A stretch of 50,464 bases of DNA, filler included, from Catajapyx aquilonaris (lineage: Eukaryota), in NCBI GenBank assembly GCA_000934665.2. It is 2 parts of 2 records of this genome, joined end to end, with 100 filler letters (N's around TTAATTAATTAA, not from the genome) between each part and the next. Parts side by side here need not be neighbours in the genome. Positions count along the whole stretch, not along the records: positions 1 to 25,140 come from JYFJ02005416.1; 1 more part is not named here. One strand, 5' to 3'. A model generated the notes under the pieces. It had not been told where the DNA came from, searched no databases, and worked only from the letters and a program-made list of their open reading frames with translations. The position numbers and the translations under genes were made by a program. This document shows, piece after piece, positions 1 through 11,284 of the stretch. Each line of letters starts with the position of its first letter. Within the stretch, counting starts at the first letter, position 1.

Positions 1-143
1 TTTGATGCAACAGAGTGATGGAATGTATGTTTACGGGCATGGGCTAGCTAGTTATGAACAAAAATCCCAAATCCCAGACCAAGGCTAGTTCCCCATTTTT
101 GTACGTATTTAGAATTTGAATCGTAATGAAGAAAGAGGTTCAC

Positions 144-3100
144 CGTAATGTTGGCAACATCAGAGCCTGCTCCAGGTTCACTTACTCCAAGGCATACGAC
201 TGATTCGCCTGAAATTGTTGGAACCAAAAACTCTTCCTTCAGCTTCTCAGTGCCAAATCTGCAACAAAGAGAAGAATGTTATTGGGGAGGTGTAGATGGC
301 CGAGATGGTAACGTCTCGGCTTGCTGAGTGAAAGGCCCCAGGTTCGATCCCCGCCTGGGGAACTTTCCTTTCACCTGCGTCAGGAGGGTCTCGGACCTGC
401 ACCAAGGAGGTGTCTGGCAACCTAACCTCCTGGGGAACAGCACATGACCCCTTTACCGACATTGCACTTGCACCAATGTTCCCTCCCCAAAAATCCCTAT
501 CCCTACCCTACATCCTTGACTCCTTGCACCGGTGAATGAAGTAAATGCAGGAAAATGGAGTGAAATGGTGGTATTCCACCCCCCTAAAAAGGCTCAGCCT
601 TATCACGGGGTAATGTAAAATAAAATAAAATAAAAAAATAAATAAATGACTTATAAAAATGATATGCTGAAATGCTCTAACAAATTGTTACAAAATTCAC
701 TGCACACATTTGAATATGACAGGCTCCTCCTACCAAAAGGCAAAACATTATAGTATAAGATTTCAGTATCCTTCTGCACAGGACGAGAGGCAATGCCGGG
801 CAGTCCTCCTTAAACATTCAGTATCCTTCTGCAAAGTTGAATTACCGAAATCTAATTACTACTCAGCCATCCAAGGGAGACACCATGGAACAATAATTGG
901 ATGGTCATTGGTGTTATGCAATAATGGGTCAACCCACAATGTCAAAATTGAGCTAAGCCCAGGTACATATACCTAAAGGATCCTACTTCATTCAGTTAAA
1001 ATCACACTGGTGAAATCTGTATACTTCTGCCATAAATGACCAAAAAGACCATGAAATTAATTTCACTGGTAGGCCTATGACCTTCAAACCCCATTTTCTC
1101 ATAACTGTTCTCATGTGGGTTGACTCATTATTGCATAACACCATGCAATTAGGCCAACATAATTTTTTTTTTTGCATTCCAGACAGATACCATACTTCGC
1201 GTACACCATGGTACTTTGTTCCTATAGCAAGTGCCCTCACATCATATGAGGGGCGTTTGATAAGTAGTGAGCCTACCTGTGAAGGAGTTGTCCCAGGCGA
1301 ATGGCACTTTAACACTTCTCTTCGTAGCCCTCCTGAAGTATGATGTACTCCTCCCAAACAATAGTGCAGTTTTGCATCCATTCACAAAAAAAAATATTTG
1401 TCTTGATCATCACAACATTCACGGACGTGTCCGTGATGGCATCATCACCGTTGAAACGCTCTTCTTTCAGGTGTCGTTTGAGTGTTGGGAACAGGGGATT
1501 GTCAGATTGTGACAAATCGGTGGGTGGCACCATCTGGCTATTACCCGTTCATAACATTCTTAAAAAGACACCTGAAAGAACAGCGTTTTAAGATGGGGAT
1601 ATAGAAAATCAGGACTTCTTCGAGTTCCAACTCTGGCCAAAAGAGGAGACACTCCATCCCACCCTCCCTACACAAAAGAAGGGTCACGTTTGCAGCTGAC
1701 CATTCCCTCTAGGCACAATAAAAACCGCGAAAACCAACTTCTAGTAGTTCTCAAATCAGTCAAATTTTGACAAAATTATTATTTGCCGAAAGGTTATAGC
1801 TAAACATAAAAATCAGCTTCACGGGTCAGGAGCACAAATTTATTGCGCATTTTTGGGTGCTTGTTACGACATCACTTAAAATTTCACGACGGCGTAAATT
1901 ACTCCCGTATGCAAATGACTTTTAAAAATACTATATTAAGAATATGGGAAAAGTACCACACACATGACTGTGTAAGAGAGAGGTCAGTTACACTTCCACA
2001 AAAAAAAAATCGGTTCTGCTGTTGTTCGTTAGCGAGATTTTTACTCCCCAATTATCTTTATCCCCCCCTTAACGGTGATGATGCCGTCAAGGACGGTGTC
2101 CACGAATGTTGTGATGACCAAGACAAAAAAAAAATTTGCGAATGGATGCAATGCTGAACCACTGTTTCGGAGGAGTACATCATACCCCAGGAGGGCTACG
2201 AAGAGAAGTATTAAGTGCCATTCGCCTGGGACAACTCCTTCACAGGTAGGCTCTCTACTTAATGCCCCTCGTACATGCAGAAACTTAAAAGGGAATAGAC
2301 CTCTACTTTTTCAAAATACTATCAATGAAAATGCTAAGAGTATGGGTGAAGTCACCAAGGTCCCAGTACTGTATGATGATTGGAACTGCAACAGTGGCCT
2401 TCTCCCTAGGTAAGATTGGTTCACACACCTTATCAATGCTGGTGTGGCAATGTCAGTTTGTACCATGATAGCCATGGGCACTCCACCACAGTTGATGTTG
2501 CCCAACTCTTCTAAAAATGCTATCTGATATTTATAGTCCAATCCCAATCCACCATACTCTACAAGATGGAAAACAAATCTTATTATATAATTTTCATAAC
2601 ATGCGAGGGTCAGTCAATGTATTCTCGGCATGACATAGGAGTTGACATAAAATAAAGACATGCTGCACTAAATTATAGTGTCACTCTCTAGAACAGCATC
2701 CACAAAGTTTCATTGAGATTGCATCATTCCACTGGGAGTATTGGACACTAAAGTTGGTGAAAGTGTGGGCTCTTCTGGAAGACGGAGAACACCCACACCT
2801 CATTAAGGCCTGTTTCCAAAGAAGCTTCAGCTTGAAAAAGTGCGCTCTGGCGCTCGCTCTAGCTCCAGCTGCAATGCGTTTCTAGCGCTGGGTCGATATT
2901 TTAGCTCTCCCATTCAGCTTGCTTTGAACATCGAGCCCGAGGCGATTTTCAAGCTGGAGCTGGAGCTAGAGCGTCTTTCTGACCAATCCGGCGCGGCTCC
3001 TGGGGTCACGTGGGACAATCTCGGTGGGGAGGTGGCTAGGGGTGGGGCGATGATGCAGGGTGGGGAGGCCAGGGAAGGAGAGAGGAGAAAAAAAAGATGA

Positions 3101-4746
3101 CCTATCGAAGGTCATGGAAGGAGCTGCTCGGGCAGAGGGCCCTGCCGATGCAAGGGGAGGCAGCGAGGAGAGACAAAGAGTGACCTTGAGCCTGAAGAAC
3201 AATCTCCTCCGCTCCGTTGTGAAGCCAAAGCTTCTTTGGAAACCGGTCTGAGGGCGCTAGCTGTGAAGCACCGGCTAAGATGAGCTCCAAAGCTGACTTT
3301 TTCAAGCTGAAGCTTCTTTGGAAATGGGCCTTTAGTCCCTGATAAGTGTAGCTTCGAACTGCTCCCACATTCCTGGGATTTGTCTTCCTCCGACTACCAT
3401 GGACTACCCCGTTACCAAAGATGAAAGCTCCTATGTGGGACTCGTTTTGCCAGTGACAGTGGCAGTACGAATCATGAAGTGTGGGTATTCTCCATTGTAA
3501 GAAAAACCCACACCTTCACCATCTTGAGTGTCCAATACTCCCAGTAGAATGGTGCAATCGCAATAACACTTTTCAGATGCTGGTCTAGAGAGTGCAACTA
3601 CAATTAAGTGGCAGCATTTCTTTATACAGGGTGAAGGGAAACTCGTGCCCAATCGCCAGGTAGCTGATAGTACTCGTAAAACTAACACAGGGATGTGCAA
3701 TTGGTTTTGGGCTCTGTTGCGTAGTTAATGAGTACGGCGCTGTCAAAGTTTTGTGACATCACATCCGTTCTGCCAGCTTAAAAGAAGCAAAAGTCAGTTC
3801 GAGGGCCTCCAGTCCCTTGCCTTGGTCCCCTAACACATTGTCCATGTGCAAAAAGTGTTCAAATCCCGTCAGAGTAAGAATACTGGTATGACACCCATGC
3901 ACTGTACGTTGTTTTTGCCTCATATTCCACCATCCGGCCCTCTACACTTTAAGGGCGCCATACGCATTAACTACGCAATGGAGCCAAAAAGCACATCCCT
4001 ATATTAGTTTTACGAGTAGGCCTACTATAAGTCTATCTGGCAATTGGGTGATTTCCCTTCACCCTGTATGTCAACTCCTCCTATGTCAGGCTGAGAATAC
4101 TTGGACTGACCCTCATAAATACATGATGATATGTGGAGGAGTCTCATATGAATAGTATGGCAATGAAAAAGTCAAGGCACCTGTAACCAAAACCCACATA
4201 CTTTACTTGTCCTCCCACCACACAAGCTCTACTTTCCAAGAAGGTGGAGCCCAGGTGAGATGGAGTGGTGGGAGGACATTGTCATCCTTTCCCTCTCCAC
4301 ACAAAAATAACAATGCACAATCCAGACATACAGATTTTACATTGTTCGGTGCTCCTGCCATAAAAATCTCACCCGCTTTTGATGAATTAATTTAACATAT
4401 AATTTAATTAGCTCACAAACCTTCAGGCTTGTTGATCCCCAAAAGGCCTGCACTTGCCAACTTCTTAAACACCTCTCGCGCAGGAAACATCTCTTTCTTC
4501 TCCCATTCTTCCACGTGAGGATTGATTTCAGTGTCAATAATCTGCAAGCACAGGCATTAGGTACATGCAAAATCACCCAACGCTTCTCACCCTCACCTTT
4601 CTGAGGGTCCTCTGCATCTCCTGCTGTTCCTCATTGTAGAAATGATTTTCTACTAGACTATGATTGGCTCTTCCTCCTAAAACAGGCGTGAGGAATGCCC
4701 GTTTCTCTCTGAACAAGTGCCGTCCAAGTCTGTTGAGCAGCGCCAT
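144..4746 (-). CDS. Mitochondrial acyl-CoA dehydrogenase (acdh-6-like type), exons 1-4; gene continues off the left edge
   Basis: GT-AG exons 4746-4597, 4541-4421, 2558-2429 and 258-144 splice in frame: [18 protein letters not shown]...[15 protein letters not shown] / [40 protein letters not shown] / [44 protein letters not shown] / [44 protein letters not shown] and SEPGAGSD are ACAD signature motifs. The Arg/Leu-rich N-terminus resembles a mitochondrial presequence. Confidence 0.95.
284..646 (+). mobile_element. tRNA-derived SINE, family A
   Basis: A box TGGCCGAGATGG, B box GGTTCGATCC, 3' CCCC..GGGGTA stem-loop and A-rich tail. A closely similar copy lies at 16021-16376. Confidence 0.9.
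1247..2271. mobile_element. Non-autonomous mariner derivative made of two inverted transposase 3' ends
   Basis: TA-flanked termini (TGAGGGGCG...GAGCCTACCTG / CAGGTAGGCTC...GCCCCTCG). Both arms encode the decayed mariner C-terminus (DL[AS]xSD..LFP.LKRHLKE.RFNGDD...GY.EK) in opposite orientations. Confidence 0.8.
1592..2068. mobile_element. TTAA-flanked insertion (Kolobok-like termini) nested in the mariner arm
   Basis: TTAA duplicated at 1588-1591 and 2069-2072, splitting the 'RF/NGDD' codons. The imperfect TIRs start with purines (GATGGGGATATAGA / TCTTTATCCCCCCC). Confidence 0.55.
2806..3331. mobile_element. PIF/Harbinger (Tourist-like) MITE
   Basis: TTA target-site duplication (TSD) at 2803-2805 and 3332-3334. 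TIRs of about 35 bp: AGGCCTGTTTCCAAAGAAGCTTCAGCTTGAAAAAGT / ACTTTTTCAAGCTGAAGCTTCTTTGGAAATGGGCCT. Confidence 0.85.
3627..4066. mobile_element. Tc1/mariner-type MITE
   Basis: TA TSD. Termini CAGGGTGAAGGGAAA / TTTCCCTTCACCCTG, with about 110 bp imperfect inverted arms. Confidence 0.85.
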
Positions 4747-4905
4747 TTTGAGCAGGGGTGCCAATTGCCGAACCCTAGAAGCGTGGCTTGTGGGAAGGAA
4801 AAATTTGTTTAAATTTAAACTAATAATAATTTTAACACTGTAATCATGACCACAAAGCGGAAAAACGTGAGATATGATATTGACAAAATGAAGTATTTGA
4901 CACTA

Positions 4906-4932
4906 TCTATATAAATAAATAGCCGTTTGTGA

Positions 4933-4971
<39 letters not shown>

Positions 4972-5235
4972 CGCCTGCCAACCGTCATTTGCCTGCCATC
5001 TGTGCTCCACCCCCCGGACGGGAGAGGATGGAGGTGTTGGGGGTTGACTACAGATGGCAGGCAAATCACGGTTGCCGTTATACAGGCGGGAGAGGTTGAA
5101 GGTGTTGGAGTAGCAGGACTACAGATGCCATTGGTGGACGGACACACAGAAAGACAGACAGTTGACGGGGCTACTGCTGGCAGGTGTTTTCCCTTCATTC
5201 ATTTCTTCCCGGGCAACGCCGGGTGCCGCAGCTAG
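4906..5235 (+). mobile_element. Non-autonomous Helitron with (GTCT)n microsatellite
   Basis: A|TC 5' end, (GTCT)n tract, 3' hairpin CCCGG-GCAACG-CCGGG followed by CTAG|T, no TSD. It sits about 160 bp upstream of the ACAD ATG. A similar 3' end is at about 28975-29000. Confidence 0.85.
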
Positions 5236-5872
5236 TCTTTTATAAGGGAGATACAAATTTTTGTCATGTGACAACTTTCTTCATTGTGCTACAATATGGA
5301 CACTTCAAATAAATGTTTTATCGAAGAAGCAATTTTACATATTTAATCGTTATATTTTGTATAACAAAGTAGCATGGGTTCTATTATAAAGTTATATAAA
5401 AATTCGGTATATCTTTGTATTAAGTGAGAAACGAATTTATATCAGAACTGTGATTTTTGTTTTCATGCAACATGCACATTTCAAAAATTAACATCTCGAA
5501 AACCCCATTTTTAATATGCAATATTTTATTTATTTCATAAAGGAAATACCGGTTCTGTGATAAAATAATATCAAAACCTGGTCTAGATTCTTGATAAGTG
5601 AGATACAAATGTATGAAAAGTGGTCTTCTTTGCTTTCACTTAGTATATCTTTCAACATCCTTGCAGTTACTTCTAAAGTCATAACCGACATAAAATAAAT
5701 ATCAACAACTAATCTGGAAACCTTCCATAATGGTCTCCGATGGTGCCGAAAGTCATTTTAAAAAAACGCTACCGATTTAATGCACTTTCCCATCGATAAA
5801 CAAGTCCAGAAAGGAAATGGACATTCACGGCGACAAGGCATGGGAAAGGACAATGTGACCGCGTCGGAGGAC

Positions 5873-6486
5873 TAATGACAAATGAATGAGGACTAATATT
5901 GCGAGTCAGGAAAGCATTTGATCTACTGCGACGCCTCTTTTCGGTCCGGAGACAGAATGTTGATGGTCAGATCAGCTGGGTTCAAGCCCTCCTCTACGTC
6001 TCCGCCCACACTAGGTTTTGATCTATTCTCTATAATAATCAGTAAATATAAACACACAGCATAATAAAAATATCGTTGCTCATTGTGACGCCACAGCTAT
6101 TCTAAAGCTGAATGAATAAGGGATGTTTAATATATTTGGCAACCTCTAATATTTTGGGGATTTCAAGTGATTTTGCTATAGTGCCGACGTCACCGCTTTG
6201 CCAACAATGTCTGAGCTTGTGAGGTTCGCAAATCGCAATAATTGATGGGTAATAGCAGGACTTACCCATAATATGAGCAACGATATTTTTATTATGCTGT
6301 GTGTTTATATTTACTGATTATTATAGAGAATAGATCAAAACCTAGTGTGGGCGGCGGAGACGTAGAGGAGGGCTTGAACCCAGCTGATCTGACCATCAAC
6401 ATCCGTCTCCGGACCGAAAAGAGGCGTCGCAGTAGATCAAATGCTTCCCTGACTCGCAATAATTAGTCCTCATTCATTTGTCATTA
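5873..6486. repeat. Long near-perfect inverted repeat (foldback/MITE-like)
   Basis: Arms 5873-6083 and 6273-6486 are reverse complements with only a few substitutions or indels; the spacer is about 190 bp. Confidence 0.9.
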
Positions 6487-6625
6487 TTGGTAACCTTGGT
6501 GTTGCCCATATAAACACACTTTGTTGTACCGGTACGAAAAAAAGGACCTGTTGTCCGCAGCAACAGATGTAAACATTCTTAGCCCCTCAGTCGAATTGGA
6601 CGCTCAAATTTTAGTGCTCTTAAAA

Positions 6626-7010
6626 ATGGGTGAGTAATACACTTTTAAGTCCCCCCCAAAAAACATTGCAGTGTCATGTCACATGAAATTATCGGTATTG
6701 TTCTAGGCAAGATACAGTCTTTCCATTCGGCGAAAAACCGACGGGCCAGGACCCCATACATCAACTTTTACGTGAAAATTTATCCGGTAAGACCTTTAGC
6801 GTACGAATCCGGCTTATATAATTATTTTAAAATTGCGTTTAATTCTTGAACATCCAGTGTCTTCTGTCGGAGTTTCCCGATAGCGAGGTGTGCGAATATG
6901 GGCGCATGGCCGGCGAGATTTGGCGTCAGATGACCGACACCGAAAAGAGCCAGTACGACCGTCGCAAAAAGAAGTCCAGCAGGAGTCGCAGGCGTCGCCA
7001 ACGTCGTTGA
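6626..7010 (+). CDS. Small HMG-box protein with Arg-rich C-terminal tail (protamine-like / sperm nuclear basic protein candidate), 78 aa
   Basis: Exons 6626-6629 (ATGG|gtgagt), 6707-6786 (|gtaaga) and 6858-7010, with introns of 77 and 71 nt and consistent phases. Protein: MGKIQSFHSAKNRRARTPYINFYVKIYPCLLSEFPDSEVCEYGRMAGEIWRQMTDTEKSQYDRRKKKSSRSRRRRQRR. TATAAA at 6509-6514, AATAAA at 7134-7139. Confidence 0.88.
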
Positions 7011-9221
7011 CTTCACACCACAATTATTCCTGATGGGAATACTCTTATCCAAGCCCTAAAGTAGAACACGGTTCAAAATATTGTCGTAACATTTAAAATT
7101 GTCGTTCTGTGCTGTATCCATGAGCCAGCTGACAATAAATTTTGTGGGCAACTGCCACATTGTTTGTCATTGTTGTTGGAAGGGGAGGGGGTGCGGCTTG
7201 TTGTAATCACCTGATTAAAAATTAATCAGTAGAATTGAAGGACTACAGTAGTACTGGATTTTTCGTATGAATCACCCTGTAACGAGGTTCTCTAACAATT
7301 TAAATGACAATTAAGAGCTAATTGGTAATAACTTCAACAATTTGAAACTGTAGTTAGCTCGTTACCTGTTGCAATAGTTGGAGAAACAATGCATTTTGCT
7401 GTAGTTTTTTTTTGCAATTTAAACTGCCGCTAGTGACGTCAGCATTGCCAACACCTGTTGTTGAAGCAGTTCATATTAAGCTCTACTAATATTGTGTACG
7501 GCGGGAGTAGGTGGGTACTCGGGGAGTATAATAAATAATGCAGCAGTCCACTACTCTGTCTATTCAGTACTAGCAAGAGCTAATGGTACTATAGCTACTA
7601 CACAAAACGTCTGGCTGGAAGCTGGGTGGCGGAGCCACTCCCGCACTATAGTAGGTTATATTCCAAAACCGCAACATATGCGTCGGGTCCGGTCGGGTCC
7701 CAGGTCCCAGTCTTGTCGCCGCGCCGGTCCCGAATCAGTATTTGAGGCGATTTGAGGCCATACACCGCAAGAATCTAAGTTCAAAATTATATACAGGCTT
7801 TTGCAATCTAAAAAGATGATCTGTGCAAAATGTCTTGCTTATTCTATACCTTAAGTAGAGCTGGAAAATGCAAGCAATACATAGAAACTGCTCAGATATG
7901 TTACCTTGAAATACCACGGCAAATTAGTACAATATATACGGCAATCACAATAAGCGAATGTATTCCAACAGGTTCTAATGAGTAACTTGCAAAAACTCTT
8001 GTATGATACCAACTCTGAACTCTCTTAGATTTATTATCTTATCTAGTATATAATAAGCACAATGACCTCATCAGTATACACCCCCACTGATAAGATGTCA
8101 TGTGTCAAGTGATGGGGTTTCAGCTCTTTATCCTTGTTAATTAATTACAACAATAAAGATGTTTTTGCATGCCGATGTTTTTATATCATAATTACAAGAC
8201 TCCACCGTCATCGCTTCTTTCTGGCTGCTTTCAACAGGTAGTGCATTTCTATTGGCAATCCTAGTGTCGGTACGCAAAATTTTGATTGTCCTGTACGTAA
8301 ATTTTGTGTACTTGTACAATTCCCTTGTTCGACTGGCTTTGTTTTTGGAACGGTGACGGGCACGGTCTTAGAGGTTTTTGGGAATATTGTGTGAACCCAT
8401 TTCCAGGACTGGAAATTAATTAGTAATGTGTTAACAGGCACATTCTAATTCACGTGAAATTTCTGGAGACTTTTTTTATCCAGCATACGAAAGGGCCAAC
8501 AACAGTTTGTATTTACCCAACAGGTACGTTATTAGCTGGGGTGGGGCTGAAAATATTGCCAGGAATTGCTCAAGAAATTTATCAGTCGGCTTTTGTACAT
8601 GATAATAATGCAAAGGACCCAATTTGGACAGAGTCACAACCATGTCATGTGGTTCTACATGTGGTTGACTGGATTTGTGTTTAAACAGACCAGTCTTTTA
8701 TGTCCACCTTGATCAGAATAACAACAAAAACTGCAGGTGGTAAAGCGAGTGAGGCTCTCTGTGATCTCAAGAAAGCATGTCTACGATGACGTAGAGAAAG
8801 AAATGCACCTGTGAGAATGAGGCTTTAGGGAACATTCCGAGGGGTTAGTCCAGCGTTTCTCAACCTTTTACCATTGTGTAACTCTTGAAATAGCCCCTGG
8901 TGAATGCTTGAGGAGCCCTGGTTGAGAAATCCTGTGTTAGTCACCTGATACTATAGTGTACGATGGACTTCCCAAAACCTGACATCAATTGGACTTGACA
9001 GACTTTGACTGGATGTCACTTGGACTTCAACAAGAATTCAGTCTTAGTGTATATGAAAGATTTCATAAGTGACTAAGCCTTCGGTCGAACTTCTGTGGTT
9101 AATGTCAAGCGTGATAAGCAACCACTGGAGCCAGGGCCCAAAAGACATGAAATTTTGGATTAGCGCCTAGAAAAATAGGGTTTAACCATTTACAGCATAC
9201 TTCATGATCACGTTTGTAATA

Positions 9222-9242
9222 TATTATTATTATTATTATTAT

Positions 9243-9293
<51 letters not shown>

Positions 9294-9303
9294 TAGTAGT
9301 AGT
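9222..9303. repeat. (ATT)n(AGT)n compound microsatellite
   Basis: Directly visible trinucleotide tracts. Confidence 0.9.
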
Positions 9304-10115
9304 TTCCCATTATGCAGGCCTTATTGTGGTGGCCATCTGAGCACACCATGGGCAAAAAAAAACATCTGGTCAAGATGCCTCCCTACAACCAAGATGTTTG
9401 CTGCATTTTCGAATGTTCTAATCATTATCCAATTGAGTCCAAGGACAGCTCGACATACTACTTCCCCTTTCCAGTCCATCCCAAAACCAGGATAATGTGG
9501 ATGGAGGCCATATTCAAGCCGAACAACTTCAAGGTCTGCTCAACGCATTTCAACGGCAATGATATTATTAGGCTAGATTTGTCACCTGGAAGTGAGAGTT
9601 GTGCAATGCTACGGGATAATGCCAGGTAAAGTAGTAATATCTTCTCTCTCACAGTGAAAGGGTCAGAAAAATCCTCATCATCGCCTCTGCCAAGTAAGGC
9701 AACTAAACGCAAGTCACATCAATGCACTAAAGCAACTGCAGCCATTGAGGACTCTGTCCAAATCATCGGTTTCAAACCACCCTCAGCTCTTGTTGGTGGT
9801 AAATTGCGGTTTAAGAGATCCTTTAATGTCAGTCATTAGGTATGGAGAATTGATGAATTTGAATGGTTACTCTTTATTTTCAGTCAAACATGCCAGAAAA
9901 GACCAGTCAGCTACCATTCCAAGTGATGCGAGTGAACCCAGGTCACAACAATCTGCAGTGTCAACGGTGACTGTGAACAAGCCTGGGTCAACTGGAGACC
10001 TGTACTGTACACCCACACCCAATCATCACCATCCCATGCTAGGACAGTAGTGCAAACTGAAGCTGCCAATAGCTGCAAACAAAATTTGAGTTGTTCAGGT
10101 AATAATCACAAGCTA

Positions 10116-10445
10116 GGGGAGACGGAGTGGCGCCGCGGTAACGTGCGCGCCCACGGATGTTAAGGTCCCGGGTTCGATCCCAGCCCAGGGACACCCCCTT
10201 CATCTCGTGCAGAGGTCGGTCACCTCTGGCTTTGTCTCGGGTGGTATTTCCTACAGACTAAACCACCCGGGGGAGCTCACTAAAAATGGCCACACGTCAG
10301 ATGCACTGCACTTGCACATCCCCTCCTGTCATCCTGCCCGTGGGCCCGGGCGCTTCAATAATAGGATTCCCAGAATTGTACACCATCACAATAAAGGTCT
10401 GGCAAAAGACCCCTATGGGGTTAGCCGAATACCCAATCAATTATT
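10116..10445 (+). mobile_element. tRNA-derived SINE, family B (Arg-ACG-like head)
   Basis: A box TGGCGCCGCGG, B box GGTTCGATCC, 14-bp TSD ATAATCACAA(G/C)CTA at 10102-10115 and 10446-10459. Related copies at 14966, about 26145-26315 (minus) and 44576. Confidence 0.9.
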
Positions 10446-10568
10446 ATAATCACAACCTACTTCAAGGGACCACGGAAATAAGTCTGTTATAACCAAGGTC
10501 TGTTATAGCCGAATACACAAGCCATATATGGAGGTATGCCAGGACTGGCCTTTCGAATATGTTATAAC

Positions 10569-11284
10569 TAGAGTCCTGATTTTTAGGCAAATGCCTATTT
10601 AGTTCCTTCACAGGCTTTGAGAAGAGATCTATCCATTTCATAAGTGCAGGATGTGGAATATGTAGGTTTCATAGTGCCTAAAACTAAAATGGCCTATTTC
10701 GTGGTTTTGGGAACTATTTTGCCTATTCTGGCTTTTCGCGCCTTTTCATGCTATTGGGCCTTTTTTGGGGTACTTTTTTGAATTTTTTGAAGCAATTTCT
10801 GGACATTTTGGGCCTATTCCAGACCTGTTCCTTCAGAGGCATGTTTTTTTTGCAGAGTATTTTTTGTGCTCCTGAAAGGACCAAAATCGTTAAGAAGTTA
10901 ATACTGTACGAATCCTGTTTCTGTGACGCGTATCCCAAATATTTTTCAACAATTTCGTCTGATTGTTCCAAACAGAGGAAAATGTAGAAAAATATATGGC
11001 AACATATTGTGCAAGTGGAAACTGTATGTAAGCGGTAGAGTCCAGAGCAAGTTAGTTATACCTGCTTGCACTTTGTGTCGTTTGTCCAAGTTTCGTGATT
11101 TCCTGCGTCAGTTTATCGTTGTTAATCGGTTTTTGCTGTGGTTTGTGACCTTATATTTATACTTTAGGCCAATAAAATTATTCTAGCTTTTTAATTTTAT
11201 GTAGCATTATCCTCCATACTCCTGAAAAAGTAACAATTTTGTGCCTATTTCAGGGTTTTTTCGTGCCTAAAAATCCGGACTCTA
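10569..11284. mobile_element. hAT-type non-autonomous element
   Basis: 8-bp TSD GTTATAAC at 10561-10568 and 11285-11292. 21-bp TIR TAGAGTCC(T/G)GATTTTTAGGCA. It is inserted in an older pogo/Tigger-like MITE that ends ...CAACTGTA at about 11338. Confidence 0.9.

Larger units (their letters stand above)
2604..4115. mobile_element. Mariner-type MITE with long TIRs, hosting two younger insertions
   Basis: CGAGGGTCAGTC... left end and ...GACTGACCCTCA-TA right end. 2650-2800 is an imperfect inverted copy of about 3470-3625 plus 4069-4115. Confidence 0.75.

Noticed and set aside
284..360. tRNA genes at the A/B-box sequences (also at 10116, 28108, 33475 and others)
   Set aside because: Acceptor stems do not pair, there is no poly-T terminator, and each continues into a repeated body with a tail, often with a TSD. 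These are SINE heads.
4815..5235. ORFs with TDRQ repeats
   Set aside because: They derive from the Helitron (GTCT)n microsatellite.
5873..6486. Penelope-type hammerhead ribozyme in the inverted arms
   Set aside because: The CTGA...CGAAA...GTC pieces do not give CUGANGA or a paired stem III.
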